Of a DNA stretch of 64,000 nt, positions 20,501 through 31,900 are shown piece after piece. Within the stretch, counting starts at the first letter, position 1. Each line of letters starts with the position of its first letter. Where the stretch lies: IMG/VR virus record IMGVR_UViG_3300027969_000097, positions 734 through 64,733 of that record, one strand, 5' to 3'. A program made the position numbers and the translations under genes. The DNA comes from a virus (Duplodnaviria > Caudoviricetes). The notes below the pieces were generated by a model, which searched no databases, was not told the origin of the DNA, and saw nothing but the letters and a program-made list of their open reading frames with translations.

Positions 20501-23500
20501 GGTGGACGTATGCGAGCCACTAACGGCAACACATCATATGGTAGTTACGGTGTTATTGCTGAAGGTTATGACATAACCGAAACTCCTATTGCTGGTAAAG
20601 TATTCAACCAGTCAAGTCAAGTGCAAGCAAATGTTCAAAGTAGCTTTGGTAGTAACGCTCAACTTCTAAAAGTATTATACGGAAATGCCGGTTCAAACTA
20701 TAACCAAACAACTACCAATATGTTTAGTTACAGTAATGCATTTACCAACGCGGCATGGTCTGGCGACAGTAATATTTCATTAACTAAAAATTCTGCAAGC
20801 CCTATTGGAACTGGAACAGATGCTTGGTCTTTAACTGGCAATACTGCTAATACTGGCGAAAATTATATTGCACAAACTGTAACTATTGCACCGGCAGGAG
20901 CATTATATTCCAACGTTGGCGCTGTAAATATTTCAGGTTCAGGTTCTGCCGCAACATTTAACGTTACTGTAACTAGTACAGCTTATCTTGTAACAGTTAA
21001 CACAGGTGGTAGCGGATATGTTGGCGGCGGCGCAGGTGCTGGTAATCAACTATACATTGCAGGTAGTCAATTAGGCGGAGTTGACAGCGTAAACGACTGT
21101 ATTATTACTGTAGATACACTAGCAGGTAGTAGTATTTTAACAGTAATTGTTTCTGGCACAGTGCCAGCAGGTAGTGCATTAAGTTATACAGCAAGTGTGT
21201 ATGTGAAAAAAGGTACTGCTGTTTCTATTGACATGCAAGCAATATTTACTGGCTCAAGTTCCAAAACTAGCCAAATATCTTACACATTTGATACAAATAC
21301 AATTCTTTCTTCTAATGCTACAGGAGGATTCCTCCCAACGCAATATGGTGCAACTGCAACTGCGGTAACAGGGTGGTATAGATTATGGTTTGCATTTAAT
21401 GATACCCTTGGTTTGAATAATAGTTTACAAATTAGAATTTATCCTAAAGGTTATAGTGGAATTGCAGGCGCATATTCTTATATATACGGAGCTCAATTAG
21501 AATTATCATCTGCAACATACACTCCAAGTTTTTATCTAGATAACTTGTCAACAAATAAATTTACAACTTATGCAAATTACACAGTAGTCGGCGCAGGCTC
21601 GGGTGCAGTTTTAGTAGGCGATGAATTGAGATCTAAAGCAGTATTTGAAACTCGTGTAGTTGCAGATTCATCTGGCGGCGTTGGCGGTAATGGATATTTA
21701 ACTGCAAGTAACAATGCACAGTCTGGCACAACAACTTATGTACAGTTAGCACAGTCAGATGTAAATCTTGCTTCTAACTATGTAGGTATGCGTGTGTTTA
21801 TCAATAGCGGAACAGGTGCTGGGCAATACGGATATATTTCTTCATATGACTCGAGCACTAAAATTGCATACGTATTAAAAGAAACATTTGACGCTGTAGG
21901 AATTACAAATACATCTTCTAGTGGGAATTTATTAACACTTGGCGGCAGTTACAATACTGCTCGATTATACGTTGGCCAGCCTATACAATTTATTCCAACA
22001 TATTATACAGCAACTATTACAGGAACATCACTAGCTCAAACTTCTATCCTTACAATTACTGGCGGAGTTACTAATACAATATTAGTAAGCTCAACAGTTG
22101 GTATGTATGTTAACATGCCGTTTAGTGTTAGTGCAAGTACAAGTACATTGCTAGCAGGATATACATATTATGTGTTCAGTATTAATCCAGCCGATCCAGT
22201 TACTGGATTATACCCAACTAATACTATCCAAGTTACAAATCAATTGTTTGGAAATCTATGGCAATTAAATAGTGTACCAACTGTAGCTTCAATATACATG
22301 AACTTTACATCGAACACAGGTTACTTGACATCTAATACTACAAACATGTCAGTTAATTTGCCAATACAGTTTACTGGTCAAGCACAAGGCGGCCTAACAG
22401 CCGGCACAACATATTATATTCAAGATGTAATCGATGCTACTAACTTTACTATATCTGCTAACTTAGTAAATGTAACAGTTACAAGCACAACAAGTCCTAG
22501 TACACTCACAGTTACAGTTGGAACAGCGGCCAATTTAACTCCATTGAATCCAATTGTGTTTACAGCAGGTGCTGGCGCAATATTTGGAGGAGTTACCGAA
22601 GGTCAGAAATATTATATTAGTAAAATCTTAACAGGTTCTACTTTTGCAATAGCAACTAGTGTTATTACTGCAACTATTACAGCAACATCGTCAGGAACAA
22701 ACTTGATTGTTACCAGCGACACAAGCCAATTTGTAGTTAATAATCCTATTATATTTACTGGTACAACTTTTGGAAACATTGTAGCAGAAACAATTTATTA
22801 TATACAAGTTATTAATAGCGGCACTACATTTACTATTAGTCAAACTCCAGGTGGCGGCGCACTAGGATTACAAGACAAGACTGGAGTTGTAACAGCAAGA
22901 ACTTGCCCAGCATCGTTCACAGGTATTACTACGGCGGCTAGTGGCACAATGACAGGCTCAAGTACTGCTACTAAACGAGTAGTTACTGTATCGGCAAATA
23001 GTAGCATGAACGCTACTTGGTCTACTACAGTATTTGGTAACGTTGTTATTGGTACAACATACTATGTTAATACAATTGATAGTGGCGCAAATCAAATAAC
23101 AATTACTACTGTACAAAACAGCGGTAGCGCATTTACTTTACAAACTAAAGCTGGATCAATGAACCTAGCCGCAGTAGGATGGGATCATGTAAGCCCAGGA
23201 ACTGCACCAGTAGCAAGTTTGGATTCTTCAAGTAGTTATTTTATAGAACCAAGAACAACTTATAGCGAGCCTACATTTACACAAATTGCGGCCAGCACAG
23301 TTATTGCTTTGGCTAGCCCAACAGTGTATTCACAGATAGCATATGGTAATGGATATTGGTTAGCAGTTCCAAACGGAAATGCTATAGGTGCTAGATCTGT
23401 TGACGGCAATACTTGGACACAAGTAGTAATGCCGGTGGCATTAAACTATTCAGGAGTTGCATACGGTAACGGATATTTTGTTACCATTAATGCAAACGGC

Positions 23501-25897
23501 ACCACCGCGGCATATACTAAGTCAAATGGAATAGGTTGGAGAACTACTACGTTACCAACTAACACTGCCTGGAACGCTATTACGTATGGCAACGGTGTAT
23601 TTGTTGCTGTAGGATCTACAGATACCACTGCGGCATATTCTATAAACTCAGGCGCGACTTGGACCTCAACATTATTAAAAGCATCTAATACATTTACTGC
23701 ATCGGGAAATGCTCAGTTAAGTACTGCACAAAAACAATTTGGAACAGCAAGTTTATATCTTGACGGCACTACTAATACTTTTATATCCAGCCTAGCAAGT
23801 GATGATTTTGGAACAACTAGCAGTCAAGACTTTGCTATTGAATGTTTTGTTAAGTTTTCTGCAATCAGCGGATCGCAACCAATTTTTGATACACGCACCA
23901 ACGGCACTGAAGTAGCATTAACATTAGATATTAGCGGCGGCGGTCTACTGCGATTGTTTGTCAATGGTGCGTATGTAATTACAGGCAACACAGTAATTAC
24001 AACTGCATGGACACACGTTGCGGTAACTCGTAGTAACGGTACAACTAGTTTGTTTGTTGGCGGAGTATTACAATCAACAACATATTCAGATACAAACGTG
24101 TATCTTGCCCGCCCACTAAGAATTGGAGCGTACTATAATGGTAGTCCTATGACTGGTTATATTGATGAATTTAGAATTTCTAAAGATGTTAGTCGATATC
24201 AAGCAACATTCACTGTGCCAGTAACAGAATTTACTAACGATTCTAACACTGTAACGTTGTTACATTTCAACGGTGCCAATGCAAGTACTAGTATGTTAAG
24301 TACTATCATCAAAGGTACAATGAGTTGTTTAACTTATGGCAACGGACGATTTGTTGCACTTGCTACTGGATCTAGTATTGCTCATTATAGCTCAGATGGA
24401 ATTACATGGAATTCTACAAACTTGCCGGTGTCTAGCACTTGGGCTAGCGTTACTTACGGTAACGGATTATTTGTAGCAGTGTCTAGCGCAATAGCACCAG
24501 CTGTTGGATCTGTTTATAGTACAGATGGAATAACTTGGTATAGCTCTAATATTCCAGTATCTGCAGATAAGATTGCTTACGGCCAAGGAGTGTTTGTAGC
24601 AGTTCGCTCGGCCAGTACAGTTAGCTATATTGGTGATGGAGGTGGCGACTGGAAAATTAAAACTATTTCAAATAGTGCTTATAGTGCTATGACATTTGGT
24701 TATCAATCTACTAGCAAGATAGGAGTGTTTGTAACACTTGCTGGACAAAATAGTGGTAGCAGAATTTATGCAGGTATTACTGCTAAAGGCAGAGCAATCA
24801 TCACCAGTAACGTTATTACATCTTTAAGTGAATGGGAACCAGGTTCTAATTATGTTGTTGCATCAACAGGAACTAACGCTCCTCCTACAGTAACATTTAC
24901 CGATCCAAACGTAACTACACTTGCTACTGTAACTCCGCGTCTTGGCACCGGAGCATTAGGTAACCCTGCTTTCTTTAATAAAGGAACTGGCTACAGTAGT
25001 AATTCAACAATTATTACTATTACTGGTAACGGCTATTCTGATGCTTATCAAACAGGTCTAAGTATTATTTTGTATGATTTAACAAGATTGCCACAGCCTG
25101 GAGATAACTTAACAATTACAGGCGTAAGTCAGATTTATAAAGTTACAAGTTCAACCGCTATGTTTGGAACTACTGCTCCAAACATTGAAGCTAACGTACA
25201 AGTAAGTCCTGAAATTACAACAGCAAATAGTCCAGCACAAGATGTACTTGTAAGTATTAGAACAAAATATAGTCAAGTACGTTTAACAGGGCATGACTAT
25301 TTAAATATTGGTTATGGAACACAAGCAGAAGCTAATTATCCAAACTTGCCAACTGAAACTGGACTAGAACCCCAGAATCAGCAAGTTGAGGTTAACTATG
25401 GCCGTGTGTTTTATACGTCAACCGACCAAGACGGTAACTTCTTAGTTGGCGGATTATTTGGTGTTCAACAGGCAACTGGTATTGTTACACTAAGCGCAAG
25501 TCAATTTGGATTAAGCGGCTTGAATACGTTGAGTTTGGGTGGTATCGCTGTTGGTGGTTCTAGTGTTATTATTACACAGTTTAGTACAGACGGCACATTT
25601 ACAGCAAACAGTGACAGCATTCTTTCAACACAACGAGCAATTAAAACATACTTGACTGCTCGTTTAAGTCAAGGCGGATCAAACACATTTACTGGACAAT
25701 TGATAGCAGGTACAGTGCTAGTTGGAGGTCCAAACTTAATTGCTAGTTCAATTCCAAACGGAACTACTGGATCAAATGTTAAGGTATTAAACGTAATGAA
25801 TTTCTGTGGAACAGCAACAAACCCGCGTACAGACTCGTTAGTAGACGGTAATATGGTAGCTCAGAACTTCTTCTATAAGCACTTCTTCCACAGATAA
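17528..25897 (+). CDS. giant multidomain virion/fibre protein (2789 aa): CBM5/12-like Trp repeats, beta-helix (pectin-lyase-like), YGNG propeller repeats, LamG-like domain
   Basis: W...Y..GD.V.YGG..Y.C...H repeats; DMFRLRNGSGLRN...SPYIQNVT; YGNGxFVAV repeats; FGTASLYLDG...WTHVAVTR...GYIDEFRIS (about 23690-24290). Confidence 0.8.
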   Translation: MAAEFKINRLRFTWAGPWTASTFYNRDAVVSYNGKTYVCLVPNTSSNSFNADLNYTTPGGASTPYWGLVVDGRVWKQAWTASTYYFTGNIVTYGGTVYNCITQHTSTISFDATKWTTISQSSAWRTNWTTNTNYGIGDVVKYGGIVYQCNTLHTSASTTILGLENLGIDLPKWTIINKGLDYKGAWVSNARYKAQDIVKVGPDLYLANVGHSAMTFNSSAEWTLWVPGIEFAGTWDSATVYQTGDTASYGGYAYVSATQNNTNNIPSVDAVDWVLLTLGYTIGGEWSNGLPAKIGTIVTRGGRLYVAIADNLSEDPTAISLSTTYTASGSSGTTIKVASSTGVQPGMNVIGVGFTLGQSVSRVVNSTTIVLDRSPDGTVIDAQSLTFVGVNYTYWQMVVPGSTWNNRWTVGTEYTLGNIVVWKNGTYRCIQRHTASAVSNRPDVDVMNSYWSLVVAHHRKNASTTTGDIEIYNGTTGAYDVLPIGTNSYTLRSTSGNPTWSHLNAINAVYYVAPSGTDSSSSGWGQTWDKPWKSIKFACDYIESGTYNPLAKIALTNAKEWLAQEIYNFCLYNKNNNIAPFTSSSVFDADKTKRDVRLIVDAVVYDISRGGNSQTVAATLSYFKTGSADQLLNAGITSQITYFVSAYTYLRSLIISNAFTGTAPALNYQVLNSQSTIVSQPALGGSSVEAQAVVDTTTLLTILIDALTNVNTTKVPAANSGATATVMVKTGTYSETLPIVVPANVAINGDELRGAVVQPATIYNGIIKGTTISETVGEGISSATLSTITALSTANLVIGEPIQFGTTTGNIAAFTTYYIHGVWSNTKFSIKTTATGNTALTLTTTALGLSIVAYGGQALRDMFRLRNGSGLRNLTVTGLLGFLGNTNVNGTARPTGGSFACLDPGTGVDDTKTWIVRRSPYIQNVTTFGYGCTGMKIDGALHNGGNKSMVANDFTQIISKGIGVWCTGAGALTEIVSVFAYYGYCGYFAEDGGRMRATNGNTSYGSYGVIAEGYDITETPIAGKVFNQSSQVQANVQSSFGSNAQLLKVLYGNAGSNYNQTTTNMFSYSNAFTNAAWSGDSNISLTKNSASPIGTGTDAWSLTGNTANTGENYIAQTVTIAPAGALYSNVGAVNISGSGSAATFNVTVTSTAYLVTVNTGGSGYVGGGAGAGNQLYIAGSQLGGVDSVNDCIITVDTLAGSSILTVIVSGTVPAGSALSYTASVYVKKGTAVSIDMQAIFTGSSSKTSQISYTFDTNTILSSNATGGFLPTQYGATATAVTGWYRLWFAFNDTLGLNNSLQIRIYPKGYSGIAGAYSYIYGAQLELSSATYTPSFYLDNLSTNKFTTYANYTVVGAGSGAVLVGDELRSKAVFETRVVADSSGGVGGNGYLTASNNAQSGTTTYVQLAQSDVNLASNYVGMRVFINSGTGAGQYGYISSYDSSTKIAYVLKETFDAVGITNTSSSGNLLTLGGSYNTARLYVGQPIQFIPTYYTATITGTSLAQTSILTITGGVTNTILVSSTVGMYVNMPFSVSASTSTLLAGYTYYVFSINPADPVTGLYPTNTIQVTNQLFGNLWQLNSVPTVASIYMNFTSNTGYLTSNTTNMSVNLPIQFTGQAQGGLTAGTTYYIQDVIDATNFTISANLVNVTVTSTTSPSTLTVTVGTAANLTPLNPIVFTAGAGAIFGGVTEGQKYYISKILTGSTFAIATSVITATITATSSGTNLIVTSDTSQFVVNNPIIFTGTTFGNIVAETIYYIQVINSGTTFTISQTPGGGALGLQDKTGVVTARTCPASFTGITTAASGTMTGSSTATKRVVTVSANSSMNATWSTTVFGNVVIGTTYYVNTIDSGANQITITTVQNSGSAFTLQTKAGSMNLAAVGWDHVSPGTAPVASLDSSSSYFIEPRTTYSEPTFTQIAASTVIALASPTVYSQIAYGNGYWLAVPNGNAIGARSVDGNTWTQVVMPVALNYSGVAYGNGYFVTINANGTTAAYTKSNGIGWRTTTLPTNTAWNAITYGNGVFVAVGSTDTTAAYSINSGATWTSTLLKASNTFTASGNAQLSTAQKQFGTASLYLDGTTNTFISSLASDDFGTTSSQDFAIECFVKFSAISGSQPIFDTRTNGTEVALTLDISGGGLLRLFVNGAYVITGNTVITTAWTHVAVTRSNGTTSLFVGGVLQSTTYSDTNVYLARPLRIGAYYNGSPMTGYIDEFRISKDVSRYQATFTVPVTEFTNDSNTVTLLHFNGANASTSMLSTIIKGTMSCLTYGNGRFVALATGSSIAHYSSDGITWNSTNLPVSSTWASVTYGNGLFVAVSSAIAPAVGSVYSTDGITWYSSNIPVSADKIAYGQGVFVAVRSASTVSYIGDGGGDWKIKTISNSAYSAMTFGYQSTSKIGVFVTLAGQNSGSRIYAGITAKGRAIITSNVITSLSEWEPGSNYVVASTGTNAPPTVTFTDPNVTTLATVTPRLGTGALGNPAFFNKGTGYSSNSTIITITGNGYSDAYQTGLSIILYDLTRLPQPGDNLTITGVSQIYKVTSSTAMFGTTAPNIEANVQVSPEITTANSPAQDVLVSIRTKYSQVRLTGHDYLNIGYGTQAEANYPNLPTETGLEPQNQQVEVNYGRVFYTSTDQDGNFLVGGLFGVQQATGIVTLSASQFGLSGLNTLSLGGIAVGGSSVIITQFSTDGTFTANSDSILSTQRAIKTYLTARLSQGGSNTFTGQLIAGTVLVGGPNLIASSIPNGTTGSNVKVLNVMNFCGTATNPRTDSLVDGNMVAQNFFYKHFFHR

Positions 25898-25920
25898 GCG
25901 GAAGACAAAAAAATGGTAAA

Positions 25921-25928
25921 GATAAATA
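25921..25928 (+). promoter_or_regulatory. late promoter GATAAATA
   Basis: Intergenic, followed by GAGGGA RBS and ATG 25949. Confidence 0.6.
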
Positions 25929-25948
25929 TTATCAGAGGGATATAAAAA

Positions 25949-28900
25949 ATGGCAGAATTTAAACTAGGTAGAATTAAGTTTGTTTATCAAGGTGCATGGA
26001 GTCAAAACTTTGCATACGTAGTGGATGACGTGGTTACTGTAAGCGGTAAAACCTACATTTGCGTGGTAAGTCATACTTCTACAAATACAACAACTGGATT
26101 TGCTACAGATTTAGCTTTCAATCCAACCAAGTGGAATATTGTTGCTGAAGGCCAACTATGGCGCGGAAGCTGGACTAACAACACGTATTATAATTCAGGC
26201 GACTTAATTCAATACGGCGGATTAGTTTATACTGCTAACACAGCACATACTAGTGTTGCTACTAACGCACCATTAACTGTAACAGGCGCATCTGGATCAG
26301 GGTCTGTAGTTACCATTACGTTTGCGTCACAAATTGTTCAGCCGTTTTTAGTTGGATCCAGTATTACAGTTGCAGGCATTACTACTACTGCCAGTGGATA
26401 TAATGCAACCGCAACTGTTACAGCATGTACAACAACTAGTGTAAGTTATGCAAATGCTACTAGTGCAACATATACAAGCGGTGGTACTATTGTTGGTACA
26501 CTACAAACAGGTTTAGAAACAGATCAAAGCAAGTGGGATGTATTTGCACAAGCATTTAGTTGGAATAATGCATGGGCAATCAATACACGTTATAAAGTTC
26601 GTGATTTAATTTATTATGGCGGACAAACTTATGTTTGTAATGCCGCACACGTTTCAGCAAATACTCTAGCACTTGGCCTTGAAAATGATCAAAGCAAGTG
26701 GGACTCATTTAATGCTGGATTTTTATACACAGGTAATTTTGCAGGTAGCACACGTTATAGATTAAACGATATCGTTCGTTACGGTGCTGACTTATGGATT
26801 TGCACAACTCAACACTCAAGTACTTCAACTTTTGATGATACTAAATGGAGTATCTTTGTTAACGGATTCCAATTTGAAAATAGTTGGACTGGCGGTACAA
26901 CATACCAAATAGGTGATATGGTTACATATGGTGGCAACACATATACTGCTATACAAAACCATAGTACTGTTCAAATTCCAAGTACAGCAACAGCTTACTG
27001 GCAACCATACACCTCTGGTTTTACTTACCAGGGCGATTATGCAGTAGCAACAGCATACAAAATAGGAAGCGTTGTTCGCACAGGCGGTTATACATACCTA
27101 GCATTGGTTGATAATGTACAAGCGGTTGTACAAGTTGTATCAACTACTAGCGGAACTAACGTAATTAATTTAGCCGGTTCATTAAATATTACAGCGGCTA
27201 GTGTAACATCAACTACTGCCACATTAACGTATGCAAGTCAGCCAAGTATTCCATTTGTAGTTGGCCAAACTATCGTTGTTGCAGGTGTAACTAACACAGC
27301 ATACAACGGAACATTCACAGTAACTGGTTCTCCCACTACAACTCAAGTACAATATACATTGTCTGGTTCTCCAGCAAGTTCAAGTGGTGGTACAGTAACA
27401 TCAACAACTAGCGGATTAATTGTTAATGTTCCTATCAACGTTGCATCTAACGTTGGAAATTTATTAACAACAAGTACATACTATGTACGTACAATCAATG
27501 CCACATCATTTACAGTTGGTACAACACCAAGTGCAGGCTCAGATTTTACTTTGGCCACAACTACTGCACAAACAGTAGCGGCAACAACAGATCCAAGTCC
27601 TCCATTTGCAACATACTGGACTCGTTTAAATTCTGGTATTCGTTGGAACGCACAAGCACAATCGTTTACTGGATTGTCTGGAACTAACATTATTGGTACT
27701 GGCTCAGGCGCAACCTTTAACGTCACAGTATCAGGAACAGTTTATACTGCGACAGTTGCAGGCGGCGGAACAGGTTACGCATCTACAAACACATTAAAAA
27801 TTCTTGGTACAAGTTTAGGTGGTATTACACCAGCAAACGATTTAACAATTACAGTTAATACAGTATCTAGCGGTGTTATTCAAGCATTAGGTATTAGCGT
27901 TAGTGGCCAATCGGTAACATGGAAAACTGGCACAGCGTATGTATTAGGTGATGCAGTATTTTTTGGCGCAAATAGTTATATTTGCGTATTGGCGCATATT
28001 GGCGCATCGGGCAATCGTCCTGATGCAGATACAACAGCTACTTATTGGAACTTGTTAGCCAGCGGAAGTGAGCCAGCAGTTTTAACAACACAAGGCGATA
28101 CATTCTTTTACGGTGTAAATGGTCCAACACGTTTACCAGTTGGCTCTGACGGACAAGTACTACGTGTAAGCGGAACTCAACCAGCTTGGCAATATTACGG
28201 TATCATTAATAATCTAGTATATGTTGCTCCTAGCGGAACTGACACATTAGGTAACGGGCAAGGATTAACCATTGACAAGCCATGGCAGACTGTACGTTAT
28301 GCGGCTAAACAAGTAGAAGATGGTTATCAAAATACTAGTGCGGCAATGTTACTTGCAAAAAATAAACAATTTATTTTAAAAGAAGTTTCAAATTATGTAA
28401 CTTATACTTACAAAGCTAGTGTAACAGGCACAAACACTGGAGCATTTACAACAGGAAATACAAGTGGGTTGTCTGTAGGAATGCCAATTAGATTCAGTGC
28501 GCAAACAGGCAGTATGACTATTGCTACGGTTGCTATCAGCAACACTACAACATATTATGTTCAATCAATTACAGCAAATGCAAGTTTCACAGTAGCATCT
28601 ACATATAACGGATCGGCATTAACTGCGGCTGGAACAGGTACTGCTACTGTTAGTTATTATACAAGTTTAGCAAGTGAAATTGAACGTGATGCAGGTTATG
28701 TGCTTGACGGTGTAATTTTTGACGTAAGCCACGGCGGCACAGCAAAAACTGTAACCAATGCTCGCGCATATTTAAATTCTGCTGGAACAGGATACATCAA
28801 CACTGCTACACAAAGTCAAATTCCACAATTTGTTGGCGCACAAACATACATGTCAACTTTAATTGGCAATGTATTAGCAAATACAGTACCTAGTAGCAAT

Positions 28901-31900
28901 TATCAAACATTAAACAGTGTGGGTACAGTTGCAAGTCAAATAATTGACACAACTTTAACAGCTGAAACTGGATCAACAGCGTTAGCACAATCATTAATTA
29001 CAATCGTTACTAATGCGCTAACAGCAGGAGTGTCAACAAATATTCCTCCAGCAAGCCAACCAAATACTACTATTAGTGTTAAGACAGGTACATTTAACGA
29101 AGTATTACCAATTGTTATTCCAAGCAATACTGCAATCGTCGGTGATGAATTGCGTAGTACTGTTATTCAACCACAAAGTGCTATTCCAGCATTGGTTAAC
29201 GATAAATCAAAATCTATTAATGCGTTAAACAGAGTTAAAGCAATTGTATCAAGTGTTATGGCTAATACAGCAGTAACTCCTAGTGCAAGTCACGCATACT
29301 CTTTTGCAACATTGACTGCAACTAGCACTGGCGGTACAAGCACAATTACATTTGCGTCGCAGGCAACTGCTCCATTCGTAGTAGGTCAAAAGATTACAGT
29401 TAGTGGCGTTACACCAGTAGGATTTAACGGATCTAAAACAGTAACAGCTTGTACAACTACTAGTGTTTCGTTTACTGGCGGCACCGCCGGCCCACAAACT
29501 ATTGCAGGTATTGTTACTAATCAAGACACAAGTTTGCCAGCAGGCGATACTGGAAGTTTAGCCGCAACAACAAGCGTTGTTACCAATGTAAACTTAATGC
29601 AAGACATGTTGTTGAATGGACAAGCACAACAAATTGCTTACACATTTACTAATCCATCTAACTATAACACAACGTACTTAGGTGGGTTTGGCGATGGTAA
29701 AGCACAGATTGTACAAAACTATCAATTTATTAAAGATGAAATATCAGCTTTCTTAAACACAAACTATAATGCAGTGTGGACAGCATTAGGCGGCACAGGA
29801 CAGGCACTATGTCAACGTGACGTTGGATATTTGCTAGATGCATTGCAATACGATATGACTTATGGTTGTAATAATCAAAGTTTAATTGCAGGCTCGAGCT
29901 ACTATTCTTATTATGTATTAACTATTGCGCAAACAGAAAAAGTAGCTACAGTAGCGGCTTATAAACGTCTACAACAAGTTGTAAGTCAAATTGTTACTAA
30001 AGCATCAGTAGTTGTAAGTGCTGGTAACAGCACATCGCAAGTTACATCAGGATCTGCAGGTAGTGTAACTGCCGCGGCTTTTGCGGCAGAACGTATTGGA
30101 GATACTGTATATTATCTTAACAACTCTAACGCTAATTCAAGTACTTGGGTTGGTACAGGAACTATTGCTACAACCGTACTAACATTGACAGCGGTGGCAA
30201 GTGGAACAGTGGTTCCTGCAACAGCAATAACAGGCACAGGTGTATCAATTGGTACATACATTATAGCACAAGCAACATCAACGGCAAGTGCAATAGCAAG
30301 CCCTACGTATGCAAGCGGCGGCACTTCAGGCGCACAAACATTTGTAGTAAGTAGTGCGACTGGTATTGTAGCCGGCCAATTAGTTGTTGGTACTGGTGTA
30401 CCAGCCGGTTCGTATGTTATTTCTTCATACACATCTGGTACAACAATTACATTAGTTGACTACTGGGGAAATCCAGCGTTGTTAACCACGCAAGCAACTG
30501 GTACATATAATTTTTACACACCAGGCGGCGTTGGAACTTACAATATTAACGTAAGTCAAACAGTAACTCCTGCAATAACCATCACTGGCTCAAGCACAAT
30601 TACTCCAGTAACAAGCGGTGCTATTAGTCTAGCAACAAGCGCATTACAAGCATCATTTAATTTAGTACAAGCAAGAAAAACTGAAATTCAATCAGATGCA
30701 ACAGTATGGGTACAAAAGTTCTATCAAACTTTAGCGTTCAATACTACTACTTGTTATAGAGATGCTGGCTACATTGTTGATGCGTTAAGTTATGACTTTG
30801 CATTAGGCACAAACTTTAACAGTATTATTTCAGCTAAATCATATTTTAGAGCTATTAGTTCTGCCCAAGTTGTTATTAATACTCAGTTAGCGGCCGAAGT
30901 AGGATCTATTAGATTTATAGGTTATAAGATTAGATCTATTGCAGGCGCAGGATCTGTTGTTCAAGTACAAAATCTTGTTGATGACATTAACGAATATGTT
31001 GTTGGCGGAGCAGTTCCTCGCTTCTTTACATGGCCTGATTATACAGGTATTAGTGCTAACCCAGCGGCCGCGGCCAAAGTTATTTGGCGCAACAAGGCAT
31101 TTATCCAAGCTGAAATTTCATCATTCTTAAGTACAAACTACAGTAGTGTTTGGACAAGTATTGTTCAAGCAACCTGTACACGTGACATTGGATATATTGT
31201 AGATGCTATCCGCTACGATTTAACATATGGCGGCAATTCTGCAAGCAAACAAGCTGGTATTGCATATTATTCACGTTTGACTTCTGGATTCCAAATTGCT
31301 GGAACAGAAAAAGTTGCTACACTAGCGGCATATACATTGTTAGGAACATTGGTTAGTGCTATTGCACAGAACGGTGCTTATAGCGCATTACAAGGTACTG
31401 TAAGTCGTGTATCAGCAACTGCATATGGTACAGGAACTGAAGGTACTGCGGCGGCCGCATTAGTAACTATTGTTTATAATTATGTGGATCTTGGACTAAC
31501 ATCTGGCGCTCCACAAATTACAATTACAACTATTGCAGGTACTACTACATTTACTAGCGGCACACACGGATTGGCTATAGGCGATGAAGTTATTCCGCAA
31601 ACAACTGCTAACGGTTTAGTTGCTGGAACAATTTACTATGTTGCATCTATTCCATTAGGAACAACGTTTACATTAGCCGCAACATGGGGCGGCGCGGCTA
31701 TAACAACATTTACTAACGGTACTGGATTAAGTATTGTTGCAGAAAAGACAAATAATCCAAGCATAAGTTGGGTAGCTACTACATTAAAAGATAGCACAAC
31801 AACAATGTTAGGTTCTAAGTCTGCACTGCAAACAAGTATAACTTCTTATATTTCGACTAACTATCCAAACTTAGTATATAACAGTGCTACCTGCCAACGT